In this document: positions 1 through 9,703 of the stretch, piece by piece
Layout: each line of letters opens with the position of its first letter
Position numbering within the stretch: the first letter of the stretch is position 1
Assembly (NCBI GenBank): GCA_963674965.2
Contig: CAXXFL010000001.1
Span: forward strand, 1,312,001 to 1,376,000
Length of the DNA stretch: 64,000 nt
Direction of reading: 5' to 3'
DNA from: a bacterium
Lineage (GTDB): Bacteria; RBG-13-61-14; DATKZS01
Position numbers and translations under genes: made by a program
The notes under the pieces: generated by a model
Told to the model about the DNA's origin: nothing
What the model saw: the letters and a program-made list of their open reading frames with translations, nothing else
Database searches by the model: none

Positions 1-95
1 ACCTGGGTAAGCGGGCCAAGGTCAAGGAACTCCATCCCACGGCGGGAGGAGGACCGGGCGACACGACCCTGATAGTCGAGATGCACGAAAAATAA
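1..95 (+). CDS. 3' end of an unknown protein (partial, runs off window)
   Basis: Open frame LGKRAKVKELHPTAGGGPGDTTLIVEMHEK* ending TAA at 93-95, upstream of the RBS of the next gene. Confidence 0.5.
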   Translation, partial: LGKRAKVKELHPTAGGGPGDTTLIVEMHEK

Positions 96-163
96 GCGCC
101 ATGCGTCAAAAGGGCTAGTGCCCGCCGAGGCTCGACCCGGACGAGGCTTAAGGAGGGGTCCTT

Positions 164-1171
164 ATGGCCAGCGACCAGACCTTTAACCGCGGCGATCCCA
201 AACGGGTTGTCTGGGGCCTCGAAGGATTGGATAGCAAGTCAATCAAAGCCGACGATCAACGCTCCTCGAACCAATTGTGGGAAAAGCTTAGCCAGGCGGC
301 TCAAAACAAGTGGACGGGCCTGATCAACGTGACCCGCGACGGCCGGACAATTGGAAGCGTCGTTCTGCAAAAGGGTTTCGTGGCCTGGGCCGTGAGCAGG
401 GGCCAGAGCAACTCGCTGGGAGAACTCCTCGGCAAGGTTGGCCTGCTCTCGAGCCATGACGTGATGAGGGCGCAGAACGAATACATAAAAAACAAGGGAC
501 GAAAGAAACTGGGCGCCATCCTCGAGGAAATGGGACTCATTCAAAGGCCGGTGCTGAGAAGGTGCCTTCTCCTTCATACCAGGAGCGCCCTGGAGGAACT
601 GCTTAAATATGACGACGCCGAGACCTCGGTGTCCGAGAAGTCCTTCGAGGCCGACGAGCGCATTATTTTCGAGCTTGGCGAAATACTCCCGTCACTGGGG
701 GGGACCGACGCGGAATTCAACGGCGGCGGTCTCTGGCGCGGGAGGCCGGAGTGGTACGGCAGGAACGAGGACAACGAGGAACTGGCTTTCCTTGCCTCGG
801 TGCTCGGTTACCAGGCCGCGGCCGTTATCTCGGCCAAGGGTGAAATCCTTTCCGCCCATTGCGCGGCCAAGGATATTGACCCGGTATTGATCGGGATTTA
901 CCTGACCTCGATCCTCGACACCTCCGCCCGCACGGTATATCCCAATCCTTTGGCCAACGTTAAGTTTATCTATCTCGAGTGCTCCGACCATACCCTGGTC
1001 TCGAGATGGATAGACGAGGAAAAAACCCATATCATCGCCGTCGTGCTCGCCAACGGCGGCGGCGTGGGCATGGCCAAATATCTTATGGACGGGCGCCTCG
1101 GCGAGCTTCGGAATTGGCTTTTTACCGGCCAACGCAAAAGCCAGGGCGGCCAGGGACGTCCCGGGCATTGA
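164..1171 (+). CDS. DUF4388/PATAN-like N-terminal domain plus roadblock/LC7-like C-terminal domain protein
   Basis: WTGLINV...GSVVLQKGFVAWA and LGELL...KLGAILEEMGLI motifs; C-terminal GYQAAAVISAKGEILS...NGGGVGMAKYLM resembles roadblock fold; RBS AAGGAGG. Confidence 0.6.
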   Translation: MASDQTFNRGDPKRVVWGLEGLDSKSIKADDQRSSNQLWEKLSQAAQNKWTGLINVTRDGRTIGSVVLQKGFVAWAVSRGQSNSLGELLGKVGLLSSHDVMRAQNEYIKNKGRKKLGAILEEMGLIQRPVLRRCLLLHTRSALEELLKYDDAETSVSEKSFEADERIIFELGEILPSLGGTDAEFNGGGLWRGRPEWYGRNEDNEELAFLASVLGYQAAAVISAKGEILSAHCAAKDIDPVLIGIYLTSILDTSARTVYPNPLANVKFIYLECSDHTLVSRWIDEEKTHIIAVVLANGGGVGMAKYLMDGRLGELRNWLFTGQRKSQGGQGRPGH

Positions 1172-1172
1172 A

Positions 1173-1661
1173 ATGCAGGTCATACACGAATTGAACGAGG
1201 CGGCGGCGGCGGGAGACCTCGAGGAGGTAAAAAGACTGTTGGCCGCCGGTAAAAACGTTGACGGTCTCGACCAGTACAGCGAGACGCCTCTCCACCGCGC
1301 CGCCTGGGGAGGAAGCCTTTCCGTGGTAAGGCTCCTTCTTGAAAACGGGGCCGAGGTCAACGCGAGAACGCCCTACGGCAAAACGCCTCTTCATCGTTGC
1401 GCCGCGCAAGGCCACGTCGAGATAACCAGGCTTCTTCTCGAGAGGGGCGCCGAACCGAACGCCAAGAATCGGGACGGGGAAACGCCCCTTCATTGGGCCG
1501 CCAAAAAAGGCCAAATCGAGACGGTGGAGATTCTTCTCGCCCGCGGCGCCGCGACGGACGTGGTGAACGTAAACGGAAGGTCCGCCGAAGACCTGGCCCT
1601 GGCGAACGATTTCACTCTGGTGGCCGAGCGAATCGCAAGGGCCAATGAAACCGGCCAATAA
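1173..1661 (+). CDS. Ankyrin repeat protein
   Basis: Repeated TPLHxAAxxGxxxxVxLLLxxGAxxN units. Confidence 0.95.
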   Translation: MQVIHELNEAAAAGDLEEVKRLLAAGKNVDGLDQYSETPLHRAAWGGSLSVVRLLLENGAEVNARTPYGKTPLHRCAAQGHVEITRLLLERGAEPNAKNRDGETPLHWAAKKGQIETVEILLARGAATDVVNVNGRSAEDLALANDFTLVAERIARANETGQ

Positions 1662-1709
1662 AAAAGCCGATCTTGATAAAGCCCCGGCGACGATTGGCGG
1701 GAGAAATTA

Positions 1710-2831
1710 TTGACGGATTGCGCAAAAAAATTGGAAGACAGCCTCAGCCTCGACGGCGCGGCGCTGGACCTTTCAGGCCGCGGCCTGACCGGCGTGCCCG
1801 AGGAGGTTTTCGCCATGACCTCCCTCGAGGGCCTCAACCTTGAAAAAAACAGGATTACCGAGATTGACGCGCGAATAGAAAACCTGACAAGCCTCAAATG
1901 GCTAAAGCTCGAAAGAAACAGACTGTCCCACCTGCCGCCTTCCCTTGGCGGCCTCCCCCAGCTGGAAGTCCTCGAGGCGGGATTTAACCGCCTCGAGGGA
2001 CTTCCAGAAGAAATCACGCTTTGTAAAAATCTGCGCGTCCTGAACGTGGTTTATCAGAAGCCTCCTCTTAAGGAGGAGAAGCGCCTGGGAAAAAGCGGAT
2101 TGGCCCGGCTTCCCGAAACATTGGGGGACCTTTCGCGCCTGGAAATCTTGGACGTGAGGCTAAACCGGATCGAGTATCTTCCCACCTCGGTCTTCGAGCT
2201 CAAGTCCCTTAAGACGCTAATGATCAACAATAATCTGATAAAAGAGCTTCCCGAGAGGATCGGCCTCGCCGCGTCCCTGGAAGAGATATGGGCGTCAAAC
2301 AACCTGATCCGGGAACTCCCCCCGCGAATTGGAGAGCTTAAAAACCTGAAAAAACTCTGCCTGAGCGGAAATCGACTCGAGGAACTTCCCCGCCGGATAG
2401 GGGAACTCGAGTCCCTCGAAAAACTCGACCTCTCTGGAAATGAACTAAGCTTCCTGCCGGCAAGCATCGGTGACCTTCACAACCTCGAGTACCTGTGGCT
2501 GAACCATAACCATCTTCGCTCCCTGCCCCGGGAGATAGGAAAATTGGGAAAGCTTAAGTGGATGTTTCTCAAGGAGAACCGCCTTGTATCCCTTCCTCGG
2601 GAAATGGGGAACATGACGAGCCTTACCAGGCTGGACTTAGGCTGCAACCGGCTGACCCAGGTCCCCGCCGAGCTCGAGGGCCTCCACGAACTTGAGGAAA
2701 TGTGGATTGACAACAACCTCCTCGAAAAGCCCCCTCGCGGCCTTATGGCCATGAAGGGTCTCGAAAATCTCCACATGTACGGAAACAGGTTCCACGCCGA
2801 GACCGAAATCCCGGGAAAGGAGGGCGCATGA
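1710..2831 (+). CDS. Leucine-rich repeat protein
   Basis: Many 23-aa LxxLPxxIGxLxxLxxLxLxxNx repeats; TTG start. Confidence 0.93.
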   Translation: MTDCAKKLEDSLSLDGAALDLSGRGLTGVPEEVFAMTSLEGLNLEKNRITEIDARIENLTSLKWLKLERNRLSHLPPSLGGLPQLEVLEAGFNRLEGLPEEITLCKNLRVLNVVYQKPPLKEEKRLGKSGLARLPETLGDLSRLEILDVRLNRIEYLPTSVFELKSLKTLMINNNLIKELPERIGLAASLEEIWASNNLIRELPPRIGELKNLKKLCLSGNRLEELPRRIGELESLEKLDLSGNELSFLPASIGDLHNLEYLWLNHNHLRSLPREIGKLGKLKWMFLKENRLVSLPREMGNMTSLTRLDLGCNRLTQVPAELEGLHELEEMWIDNNLLEKPPRGLMAMKGLENLHMYGNRFHAETEIPGKEGA

Positions 2832-3214
2832 ACGCCTCGAGCGAAGCCGAATCGGCCGATTATATAATAAGCCCGACTCCGTTTCCTCATGGCGTCCGCG
2901 TGCTTATAAAGCCGGAGCCGGAAACCCCCAAGGAATGGATAGAGTTGGAGATCGGCGGAGAGACCATCGCCCGGGCGAACATCCTCAGGGAAGGCCGCCG
3001 GGTCACGGTCAAATTCATAACCGTGCATCCCTCCCATGAAAGACAAGGGGTGGCCGGCTCGATCCTGGCCGAGCTGAAAAAAAACCACTCCGAGATCGTC
3101 GCCCAGGGCGTTAAATACCAAGCCAGGGGATTCTGGGAAAAATGCGGCTTTCAAAGAATGGGAAAAACGAAAAACTGGAGATGGACGTCCGACTCGCCAA
3201 GCTTCCCGCCATAA
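2828..3214 (+). CDS. GNAT family N-acetyltransferase
   Basis: VHPSHERQGVAG acetyl-CoA motif A and ARGFWEKCGF; ATGA overlap with the LRR gene. Confidence 0.8.
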   Translation: MNASSEAESADYIISPTPFPHGVRVLIKPEPETPKEWIELEIGGETIARANILREGRRVTVKFITVHPSHERQGVAGSILAELKKNHSEIVAQGVKYQARGFWEKCGFQRMGKTKNWRWTSDSPSFPP

Positions 3215-3366
3215 GTCCCGGATTAATTTCTCCTCCTCTGCCCGGGATAGAGATATCCGACCAGTAATACAAGGCCCGCCATATTTTTTGCCTTCCCTAA
3301 AAAAAATCTCCTCTAACCTATACAAGCCGGGGTTTTTTGTGATAAAATCGGGCGGAGGTTTCGGAA

Positions 3367-4872
3367 ATGGAGATAAAAATTCTAGGATGCTCCGGGGGCA
3401 GGACCCCCGACCATGAGCTTACCAGCTACCTGATCGACGACTCCCTGCTCATCGACACGGGCAGCGCGGCCTCCACCATGAGCCTCGAGCTGCAGGAGAA
3501 CCTGAACAATATCTTTATCACCCACGCCCATCTCGACCATATCATCGGCATAGCCCATATATACGACAACACTCGGAACCTTCGGGTCCATCCGCTTCAC
3601 GTTTACGGCACCGAGCCCGTGCTTCGCAACATCCGGGAGCACCTTCTGGTTCCCTCGATCATGCCCAACTATAACCCCAAGGACAAAGGGGAGCCGGGAA
3701 TAAATTTTCATCCCATCGCTCTCGAGATTCCTTTCCGGATCGGCAATTTCGAGGTGGAGGCCTATCCGGTGAACCACACTCCCGGCGCCGTGGCGGTCCG
3801 GGTTTCGGACGGCCTGCACAATTTCATGTTCACCGGCGACACGGGCAGGACCGACCGCATCTGGAACTGGATAAAAAGAAAGGGCATGGTTGACTGCCTT
3901 ATCGCCGAGGTCAGCTTTCCCAACAAGATGCACGAGCTGGCCGAGGTGAGCGCCCATCTTACCTGCCAGTCCCTGATCGAGTCGCTGGTCAAGGCGGAAA
4001 TACCCGGAGACGCCAAGGTGCACGTGGTCCATTTGAAGCCCGCCTTTATGGACGAGCTTCTCGAGGAAATCGAAGGGGAGGAGGACTGGAACCTGATCGC
4101 CCTTAAAAAAGGCGACGTGATCAGGCTGGACCCGGGCAAGAAGGAGCCCCGCATCCTCCAGGAGGAGATCGAGGAAAAGGTCACCGATAAAATTCCCGAG
4201 TTCGACAAGGCCTCGGACCTTTACGAGCAGCGCGAAAAAATGAGCAACGAGTTTGGCGTGTCCGCCGCCAAGGGCGACGTCATCTTCCAGCAGGGCGACA
4301 CCAGCACGATCATGTATATCATCCAGGAGGGCAAGGTCCGGATAGTAAGGAAAGCCTTCCGCTACGAGAAGACCCTGGCCGTGCTCGGGCAGGGCGACTT
4401 CTTCGGCGAGATGGCCATGCTCAACAACAGGCCCCGCTCCGCCACGGCCGTGGCCATGACCGACGTCAAGCTCCTGGCCTTTGACAGGAAGGCCTTCGAG
4501 TCCCTCATCCTCGACAACTTCGGCGTGGCCCTACGCATCATCCGCACCTTGTCCAACCGGCTCCAGGACGCGGACGGGCTCATCGAGAACCTCTTGTACG
4601 TGGACCCCGAGTCGAAGATCATCAACACCCTGATCAAGGCGGCCTACGACGAGGGGATCGAAACCAGCGAGGGCTTCGTCATCCGGACCACCCCCGAGGA
4701 GCTGTCCGACCGAAGCGGCGTCATCATCGAGACCTTGCGCGACATCCTTACCGACCTGGTCAAAAACAAGATGATCCTCGCCCGCAGGGAAACCCTCATC
4801 ATACCCGACCCCCAAAAACTGAAAAGGCTCATGAAGTTCCTCGAGCTGAAAGACGAGTTCCTCACGGCCTGA
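3367..4872 (+). CDS. Fusion of MBL-fold (class II-like) cyclic nucleotide phosphodiesterase and Crp/Fnr cNMP-binding regulator
   Basis: ILGCSGG, THAHLDHI, PVNH, FTGDT, EVSFP, AHL motifs followed by FFGEMAML...PRSAT cNMP pocket and a C-terminal HTH-like region. Confidence 0.88.
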   Translation: MEIKILGCSGGRTPDHELTSYLIDDSLLIDTGSAASTMSLELQENLNNIFITHAHLDHIIGIAHIYDNTRNLRVHPLHVYGTEPVLRNIREHLLVPSIMPNYNPKDKGEPGINFHPIALEIPFRIGNFEVEAYPVNHTPGAVAVRVSDGLHNFMFTGDTGRTDRIWNWIKRKGMVDCLIAEVSFPNKMHELAEVSAHLTCQSLIESLVKAEIPGDAKVHVVHLKPAFMDELLEEIEGEEDWNLIALKKGDVIRLDPGKKEPRILQEEIEEKVTDKIPEFDKASDLYEQREKMSNEFGVSAAKGDVIFQQGDTSTIMYIIQEGKVRIVRKAFRYEKTLAVLGQGDFFGEMAMLNNRPRSATAVAMTDVKLLAFDRKAFESLILDNFGVALRIIRTLSNRLQDADGLIENLLYVDPESKIINTLIKAAYDEGIETSEGFVIRTTPEELSDRSGVIIETLRDILTDLVKNKMILARRETLIIPDPQKLKRLMKFLELKDEFLTA

Positions 4873-4954
4873 CGCAAGGGAACGTTGAAGGCGCGGCGGT
4901 CCGCGCGGATAAAGGTTTTCCCGCCTCGGAATAAATATCAAAAAGGAGAAGATC

Positions 4955-5749
4955 GTGAATTACGAAGATATGGTCATATGGATAACCGGCGCCTCCTCCG
5001 GCATCGGCGAGGCCCTGGCCCTCCAGTACGCGAAAAAAGGAGCAAGCCTCATTATCAGCTCGAACGAGCCCGAGCAGCTCGAGCGCGTCCGGGAGTCGTG
5101 CCCGGCCAAGGAAAAAGTCGCCGCCCTCTTCCTTGACCTTCTCGACCTCGACTCGATTCCCGCCAAGGGACAGGAGGCCCTTTCCAAACACGGGCGGGTG
5201 GACCTCCTGATAAACAACGGCGGCATCAGCCAGCGCTCACTCGTGCCCGAGACGGCCATGGCCACCTATAAAAAGATCATGGACATAGATTTCTTCGGAC
5301 ACGTGGCCGTTACCAAGTCGATCCTTCCCTCGATGCTCGAGCAAAAGGCCGGCCATATTGCGGTCACCAGCTCGGTCACGGGCAAGTTCGGCGCTCCCCT
5401 TCGCTCGGGCTACAGCGCGGCCAAGCACGCCCTGCACGGTTTCTTCGACACGCTGCGGGCGGAGGTCTGGAAGGAAAATATCAAGGTCACCATCGTTTGT
5501 CCCACCTCGGTCAAGACCAATATCTCCTTCCACGCCGTGGCGGGCGACGGCAAGGAATACGGCAAGATGAGCGACCATCTGGCCAAGGGCCTGACCCCCG
5601 AGGAGGCGGCCCGCCGGTACATCCGGGCCCTCGAGCAAGGCAAAGAGGAGGTCGTTATAGGAGACGACGCCTTAAAGTACGCGCCCCTTATAAGAAGGAT
5701 TTCTCCCGCCCTCTTCTCGCGCATGTTAAGGAAGGCCAAGGTTAACTGA
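4955..5749 (+). CDS. SDR family oxidoreductase
   Basis: TGASSGIG, NNGG, YSAAK catalytic motif; GTG start with RBS AAGGAG. Confidence 0.93.
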   Translation: MNYEDMVIWITGASSGIGEALALQYAKKGASLIISSNEPEQLERVRESCPAKEKVAALFLDLLDLDSIPAKGQEALSKHGRVDLLINNGGISQRSLVPETAMATYKKIMDIDFFGHVAVTKSILPSMLEQKAGHIAVTSSVTGKFGAPLRSGYSAAKHALHGFFDTLRAEVWKENIKVTIVCPTSVKTNISFHAVAGDGKEYGKMSDHLAKGLTPEEAARRYIRALEQGKEEVVIGDDALKYAPLIRRISPALFSRMLRKAKVN

Positions 5750-5763
5750 TTAAAGGAGGGCGC

Positions 5764-6252
5764 GTGAAAAGCATATTTAATCGCGCCTTAGGTTTTTTCA
5801 TAAAAGGCTCAAGGGCACAAAGGGCCAGACAAGAAGCTGGCGCGCGAGCAAGTCGAGAGATGATCCCGCGGAGCGCCACCAGCGAGGCGCCCGCCAAACC
5901 GGACGGGACGGCCGGAGCGTCTTCATGGCGTCCTTACGGCGAGGGCCGGACCATTGGCGGGACGGGATCGGAGAGCGGCGTCATCCTGTCTAATGAGGAG
6001 ACCAAAGGCGGCGCGCGTATTACCCTCGAGCGCGATTGCTGGTCGTCTCCTTTTGCCATTACCTGCGGCGTTTACGGCGTCATGGTCCACACGAGCTTCT
6101 TTACCAGTTTGGAGGACGCCCGAAACGATTACGGCGAAATGAAGGCGGAGCTCGAAAGGTTACTCGATCTCATGGCTTCAGAAGAAGCGCAAGATGATGA
6201 TCGAACGCCCGGCTGGCAAGGGGCCATGGATAAGTTTATCGAGAGATTTTAA
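5764..6252 (+). CDS. Hypothetical protein
   Basis: 162-aa ORF with strong RBS AAGGAGG, co-oriented with neighbours. Confidence 0.7.
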   Translation: MKSIFNRALGFFIKGSRAQRARQEAGARASREMIPRSATSEAPAKPDGTAGASSWRPYGEGRTIGGTGSESGVILSNEETKGGARITLERDCWSSPFAITCGVYGVMVHTSFFTSLEDARNDYGEMKAELERLLDLMASEEAQDDDRTPGWQGAMDKFIERF

Positions 6253-6352
6253 CGGGACCACCTCATGCCCTTTACCTGACATTGGCGGATAATCCTTCGC
6301 GAAACCGATTGACTTATAGGGACTGGGCGGAGTATCCTGTCGTGTATAAAGA

Positions 6353-7543
6353 ATGCGGCATACACGAGGAACATACGGCCTGAAGCGCGGCGTCATGAAA
6401 ATTCATGACGACCCGGACCTGGATTTCCAACTCAATCGTATTGTCACGCTGGGCGGCGGAGACGAAGAGGACGTTTTGGAGGCCGCCTGGCGGATTCGTG
6501 ACCTGGCGGACTGGAAGAGGGAGTTCCTGCGCCTGGCCGCGGCGGCGGATGACCAGGGAAGGACCGCGAACGCGGCGGCCTATTACCGAGCGGCGGATTT
6601 TTATATGTCCCCCGACGACCCCGACAAGGAGAAGGCCTACGACCGGTCGGTGGAATTATTCCGCGAGACGGCAAAGGATGAATTCGAGAGCGGCGGCATA
6701 ATCGAGGCGCGGGTCCCTTACGAGTCCGGTTTTCTTCCCGCTTGGCGTCTTCCCGTGAGAGAGGGGGTCTCGAGGGGAACGATCGTCATGCACGGCGGTT
6801 TCGATTCATGCAAGGAGGAACTCTATCCGATCGCCGACTCTTTTCGTTCGCTGGGCTTTGATACCATTCAGTTCGAGGGTCCCGGCCAGGGAGAATCGCT
6901 TTATAAGGGCAAGCTGGCCATGACCCCCGCGTGGGAAAGGCCGGTGGCTCGCGTGCTCGATCACTTCGCTATTGAGGACGTCACATTGATCGGCCTTTCC
7001 CTGGGCGGCTACCTTGCTCCCCGAGCGGCGGCCTTCGAGCGCCGCGTCAAGCGGGTCGTGGCCTGGGGCGTGGTGTATGATTTCTTCGAGACCATGATGG
7101 CCACGCGAGGGCTGATTATCGGCCTGGGCATAAGGACCTTGTTGTTCCTTCGTTTCGCGCCCATTCTGAACGCCCTGACTTACGCCCAGATGAGAAGGAA
7201 CCCATTCGTGAAATGGGGCGTCGAGCGAGGCATGTTGGTCTTTTGCGTCGGCAGCCCTTACGAGAATTTCCGCGAGGCGAAAAGGTATTCATTAAAAGGA
7301 GTCTCCGATAAAATCACGGGGGATTTACTCTTGTTGGCGGGGAGTCAGGACCACCTCGTCGGTCTTCCCTTCTTTTTCAGGCAGGCGGCCGAACTGACCG
7401 GAGCGCGGTCATTCACCGGCCGTATTTTCACCGAGAAGGAAAACGCCCATACCCACTGCCAGATGGGCAACATTCCCCTGGCAATTCAGACAATTAGCGC
7501 TTGGATTGAGGAGCGGGCCGCTTCCGAAGCCGCCGGCGCGTAA
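6353..7543 (+). CDS. Alpha/beta hydrolase
   Basis: HGGFDS, EGPGQG, nucleophile GLSLGG, DH and HCQ C-terminal motifs. Confidence 0.9.
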   Translation: MRHTRGTYGLKRGVMKIHDDPDLDFQLNRIVTLGGGDEEDVLEAAWRIRDLADWKREFLRLAAAADDQGRTANAAAYYRAADFYMSPDDPDKEKAYDRSVELFRETAKDEFESGGIIEARVPYESGFLPAWRLPVREGVSRGTIVMHGGFDSCKEELYPIADSFRSLGFDTIQFEGPGQGESLYKGKLAMTPAWERPVARVLDHFAIEDVTLIGLSLGGYLAPRAAAFERRVKRVVAWGVVYDFFETMMATRGLIIGLGIRTLLFLRFAPILNALTYAQMRRNPFVKWGVERGMLVFCVGSPYENFREAKRYSLKGVSDKITGDLLLLAGSQDHLVGLPFFFRQAAELTGARSFTGRIFTEKENAHTHCQMGNIPLAIQTISAWIEERAASEAAGA

Positions 7544-7698
7544 CGCCTACCGCCTCGGAGATTCCAGCTCGTTTTCCCTCCGTATACCGACCCCGCCGTT
7601 CATTTAATATCGGCGGGATATCCTCCAAGGTGGTTTGAAATCTTTTTGTAAAGGCTCTCGGTAATTATAAAAATCGGCTCCTTTATTCCGGATTTTTC

Positions 7699-7728
7699 TT
7701 GACACGATATCACGCCGCGTGCTACTAT
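7699..7728 (+). promoter_or_regulatory. Sigma70-type promoter of the TonB/ABC operon
   Basis: TTGACA (7699-7704), 18 bp, then TACTAT (7723-7728) preceded by an extended TG. Confidence 0.65.
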
Positions 7729-7744
7729 ATCCTTGGAGTAACAC
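7719..7744. promoter_or_regulatory. NikR-like operator palindrome GTGCTAC-N12-GTAACAC
   Basis: Imperfect inverted repeat overlapping the -10 box; resembles the GTGTTAC...GTAACAC NikR signal of deltaproteobacteria, although the spacer is shorter than the 13-14 bp I recall. Confidence 0.55.
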
Positions 7745-7762
7745 AACCTGCGGGAGGATGTT

Positions 7763-9703
7763 ATGAAAAGATTGGCCTATATCTGGAGCATGTCGATAAT
7801 TGCCATGACCATGGCATTCGCGGCGACCGCCGAGGAAGACAAAAAAAGCGAGGAAGAATACGAGCTGCCGGCCGTAAACGTCGTGTCCACGCCCATCGTG
7901 CAGTCCACCACCACCGACCGCTACGGCCAGGAAAAGACCGTGGTCGAGGACGAGCAGATCGAGGACCTGAACGCGGGCGATATATCGAGCGCTCTTCGCC
8001 GCACGCCGGGGGTCAACATCTCCCGTTATAACCTGGTGGGCGGCTTCGGCGGAGGCGACGGCGGGGCCATCTATATAAGAGGCATGGGCAGCGGCCGTCC
8101 GGGCGCGGAACTTTCCATCATGTTCGACGGCGTGTACAAGGCCAACTCCGTTTGGACCCATCCTCTCCTGGATACCATCAGCACCGACGCGGCGTCCTCC
8201 ATCGAGGTCTACAAGAGCCCGCAGCCCGTGTTCGTGGGTAACATGTCCTTCGGCGCCATCAACGTCGTGCCCAAGTCGCTCGAGGAAGAGGGGACTTTCT
8301 TCCAGGTCCGCTCGGGCGGCGGGACTTACGGTACCTGGTTCGAGACGGCGGAGGGCGGATACAACTCGGGTCCCTGGGACCTCTACTTCGTCCAGTCCAT
8401 CCGGGAGTCGGAAGGACACCGCGACCACTCGGCGGGCAGGACCGAGGCCACCTATATCGGCGTCGGCTACGACTTGACCGACAATCTCTGGCTCGAGTTG
8501 CGCGGCATCTCCACTACGGGCACGTGCCAGGACCCGGGACCGGACACGGCCCCCCCGCCCAAGCGCGAGACCTTCAACGTGGATAACGACACCCTCATCT
8601 TCTCCATCAACGACAAGTTCGAGTGGGGCGAGGGCTATATCAAGGGCTACGTTGACAGGGGCTACATCAACTGGCAGGAGGAGGACGGCGACTCGAACAC
8701 GCCCTGGCAAAACTACGGGATCAAGGCGCGTCAGACCTTCCGCTACGAGGGCCTCGAGGTCATGGCCGGCCTGGACGGAAACTTCATGGGCTCCGAGTTC
8801 GTCAACACCGACCTGACCGGCGTCAGGGTGGGCGACATCGAGTGGGACCTGTGGCATTCCTGGGAGCCCTACGCGGCGGTGTCCTATTTGATCGGCTCGG
8901 AGGATGGACTATACGCCATCCCCTCTTATGGCCACCGCTGGCACATGCACTCCGAGTTCGACGACAAGGAGTCGTGGCAGGCGGGACTGGTCGCCGGTTA
9001 CGGGCCCGACCTCCAGGGCCACGCCTCCTTTTCCAAGGGATATAACTACCCCGGCCAGTACGTTCGCAACTTCTACCAGTCCCTGTGGACCTTCTTCTAC
9101 GACGGCGACGAGTACGAGGACCTCGAGATCGAGAGCGTCGAGCAGTGGGAGGTGGGGGTCTCGGCGAAGATACTGGAAAAGGCCGCGGTCAACGTTACCT
9201 ATTTCAACGCCTCGGGCGAGGATAAATACGCCTGGATTTTCCCTCCCCCTCCCCCGCCCAGGATCGTTAACATCGGGGAGTTCGAGCTTCACGGCGTCGA
9301 CTCTTCCATTATCATAACGCCCGCGGATTTCGTTTCCATATATCTGGGTTATACTAACATCCAGATCGAGGAGCCGGAGGACGAGATGTACCCGCGCGCT
9401 CCCGAGAACACGGCCAGCGCCGGTCTCAGCATGCTTCTCATCGACCGGCTCAAGGTGAACGTGGACTATCAATACGTTGACGAGCAGTACGTGGGCAACG
9501 CGAGGTTCGCGGACGATCCGGTTTTGATCGACGCCTACAATCTGGTCAACGCCAAGGTCGGGTGGTTATTTGAAAGTGGAAGAACAAGCGGCGAGATATG
9601 GGTCGCCGGCGAGAACCTGGGGAACGAGGAATACGAGTTCCTGCCCGATTATCCCATGCCGGGTCCAACGTATATGGGAGGAGTCTCCCTTGCGTTTAAA
9701 TAG
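7763..9703 (+). CDS. TonB-dependent outer membrane receptor
   Basis: Signal peptide, VNVVS TonB-box-like segment, plug motifs (TPGV, IYIRG, IEVYKSP), terminal GENLGN...GVSLAFK beta strand. Confidence 0.93.
   Translation: MKRLAYIWSMSIIAMTMAFAATAEEDKKSEEEYELPAVNVVSTPIVQSTTTDRYGQEKTVVEDEQIEDLNAGDISSALRRTPGVNISRYNLVGGFGGGDGGAIYIRGMGSGRPGAELSIMFDGVYKANSVWTHPLLDTISTDAASSIEVYKSPQPVFVGNMSFGAINVVPKSLEEEGTFFQVRSGGGTYGTWFETAEGGYNSGPWDLYFVQSIRESEGHRDHSAGRTEATYIGVGYDLTDNLWLELRGISTTGTCQDPGPDTAPPPKRETFNVDNDTLIFSINDKFEWGEGYIKGYVDRGYINWQEEDGDSNTPWQNYGIKARQTFRYEGLEVMAGLDGNFMGSEFVNTDLTGVRVGDIEWDLWHSWEPYAAVSYLIGSEDGLYAIPSYGHRWHMHSEFDDKESWQAGLVAGYGPDLQGHASFSKGYNYPGQYVRNFYQSLWTFFYDGDEYEDLEIESVEQWEVGVSAKILEKAAVNVTYFNASGEDKYAWIFPPPPPPRIVNIGEFELHGVDSSIIITPADFVSIYLGYTNIQIEEPEDEMYPRAPENTASAGLSMLLIDRLKVNVDYQYVDEQYVGNARFADDPVLIDAYNLVNAKVGWLFESGRTSGEIWVAGENLGNEEYEFLPDYPMPGPTYMGGVSLAFK

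Noticed and set aside
7545-7762. Cobalamin riboswitch upstream of the TonB receptor
   Set aside because: No B12-box recognised, and the predicted promoter is only about 35 bp from the start codon
7604-8857. Long antisense ORFs here and opposite ftsH, lysC, glmM and the GT2 gene
   Set aside because: GC-rich codon-bias shadows of well-supported genes, with no recognisable motifs
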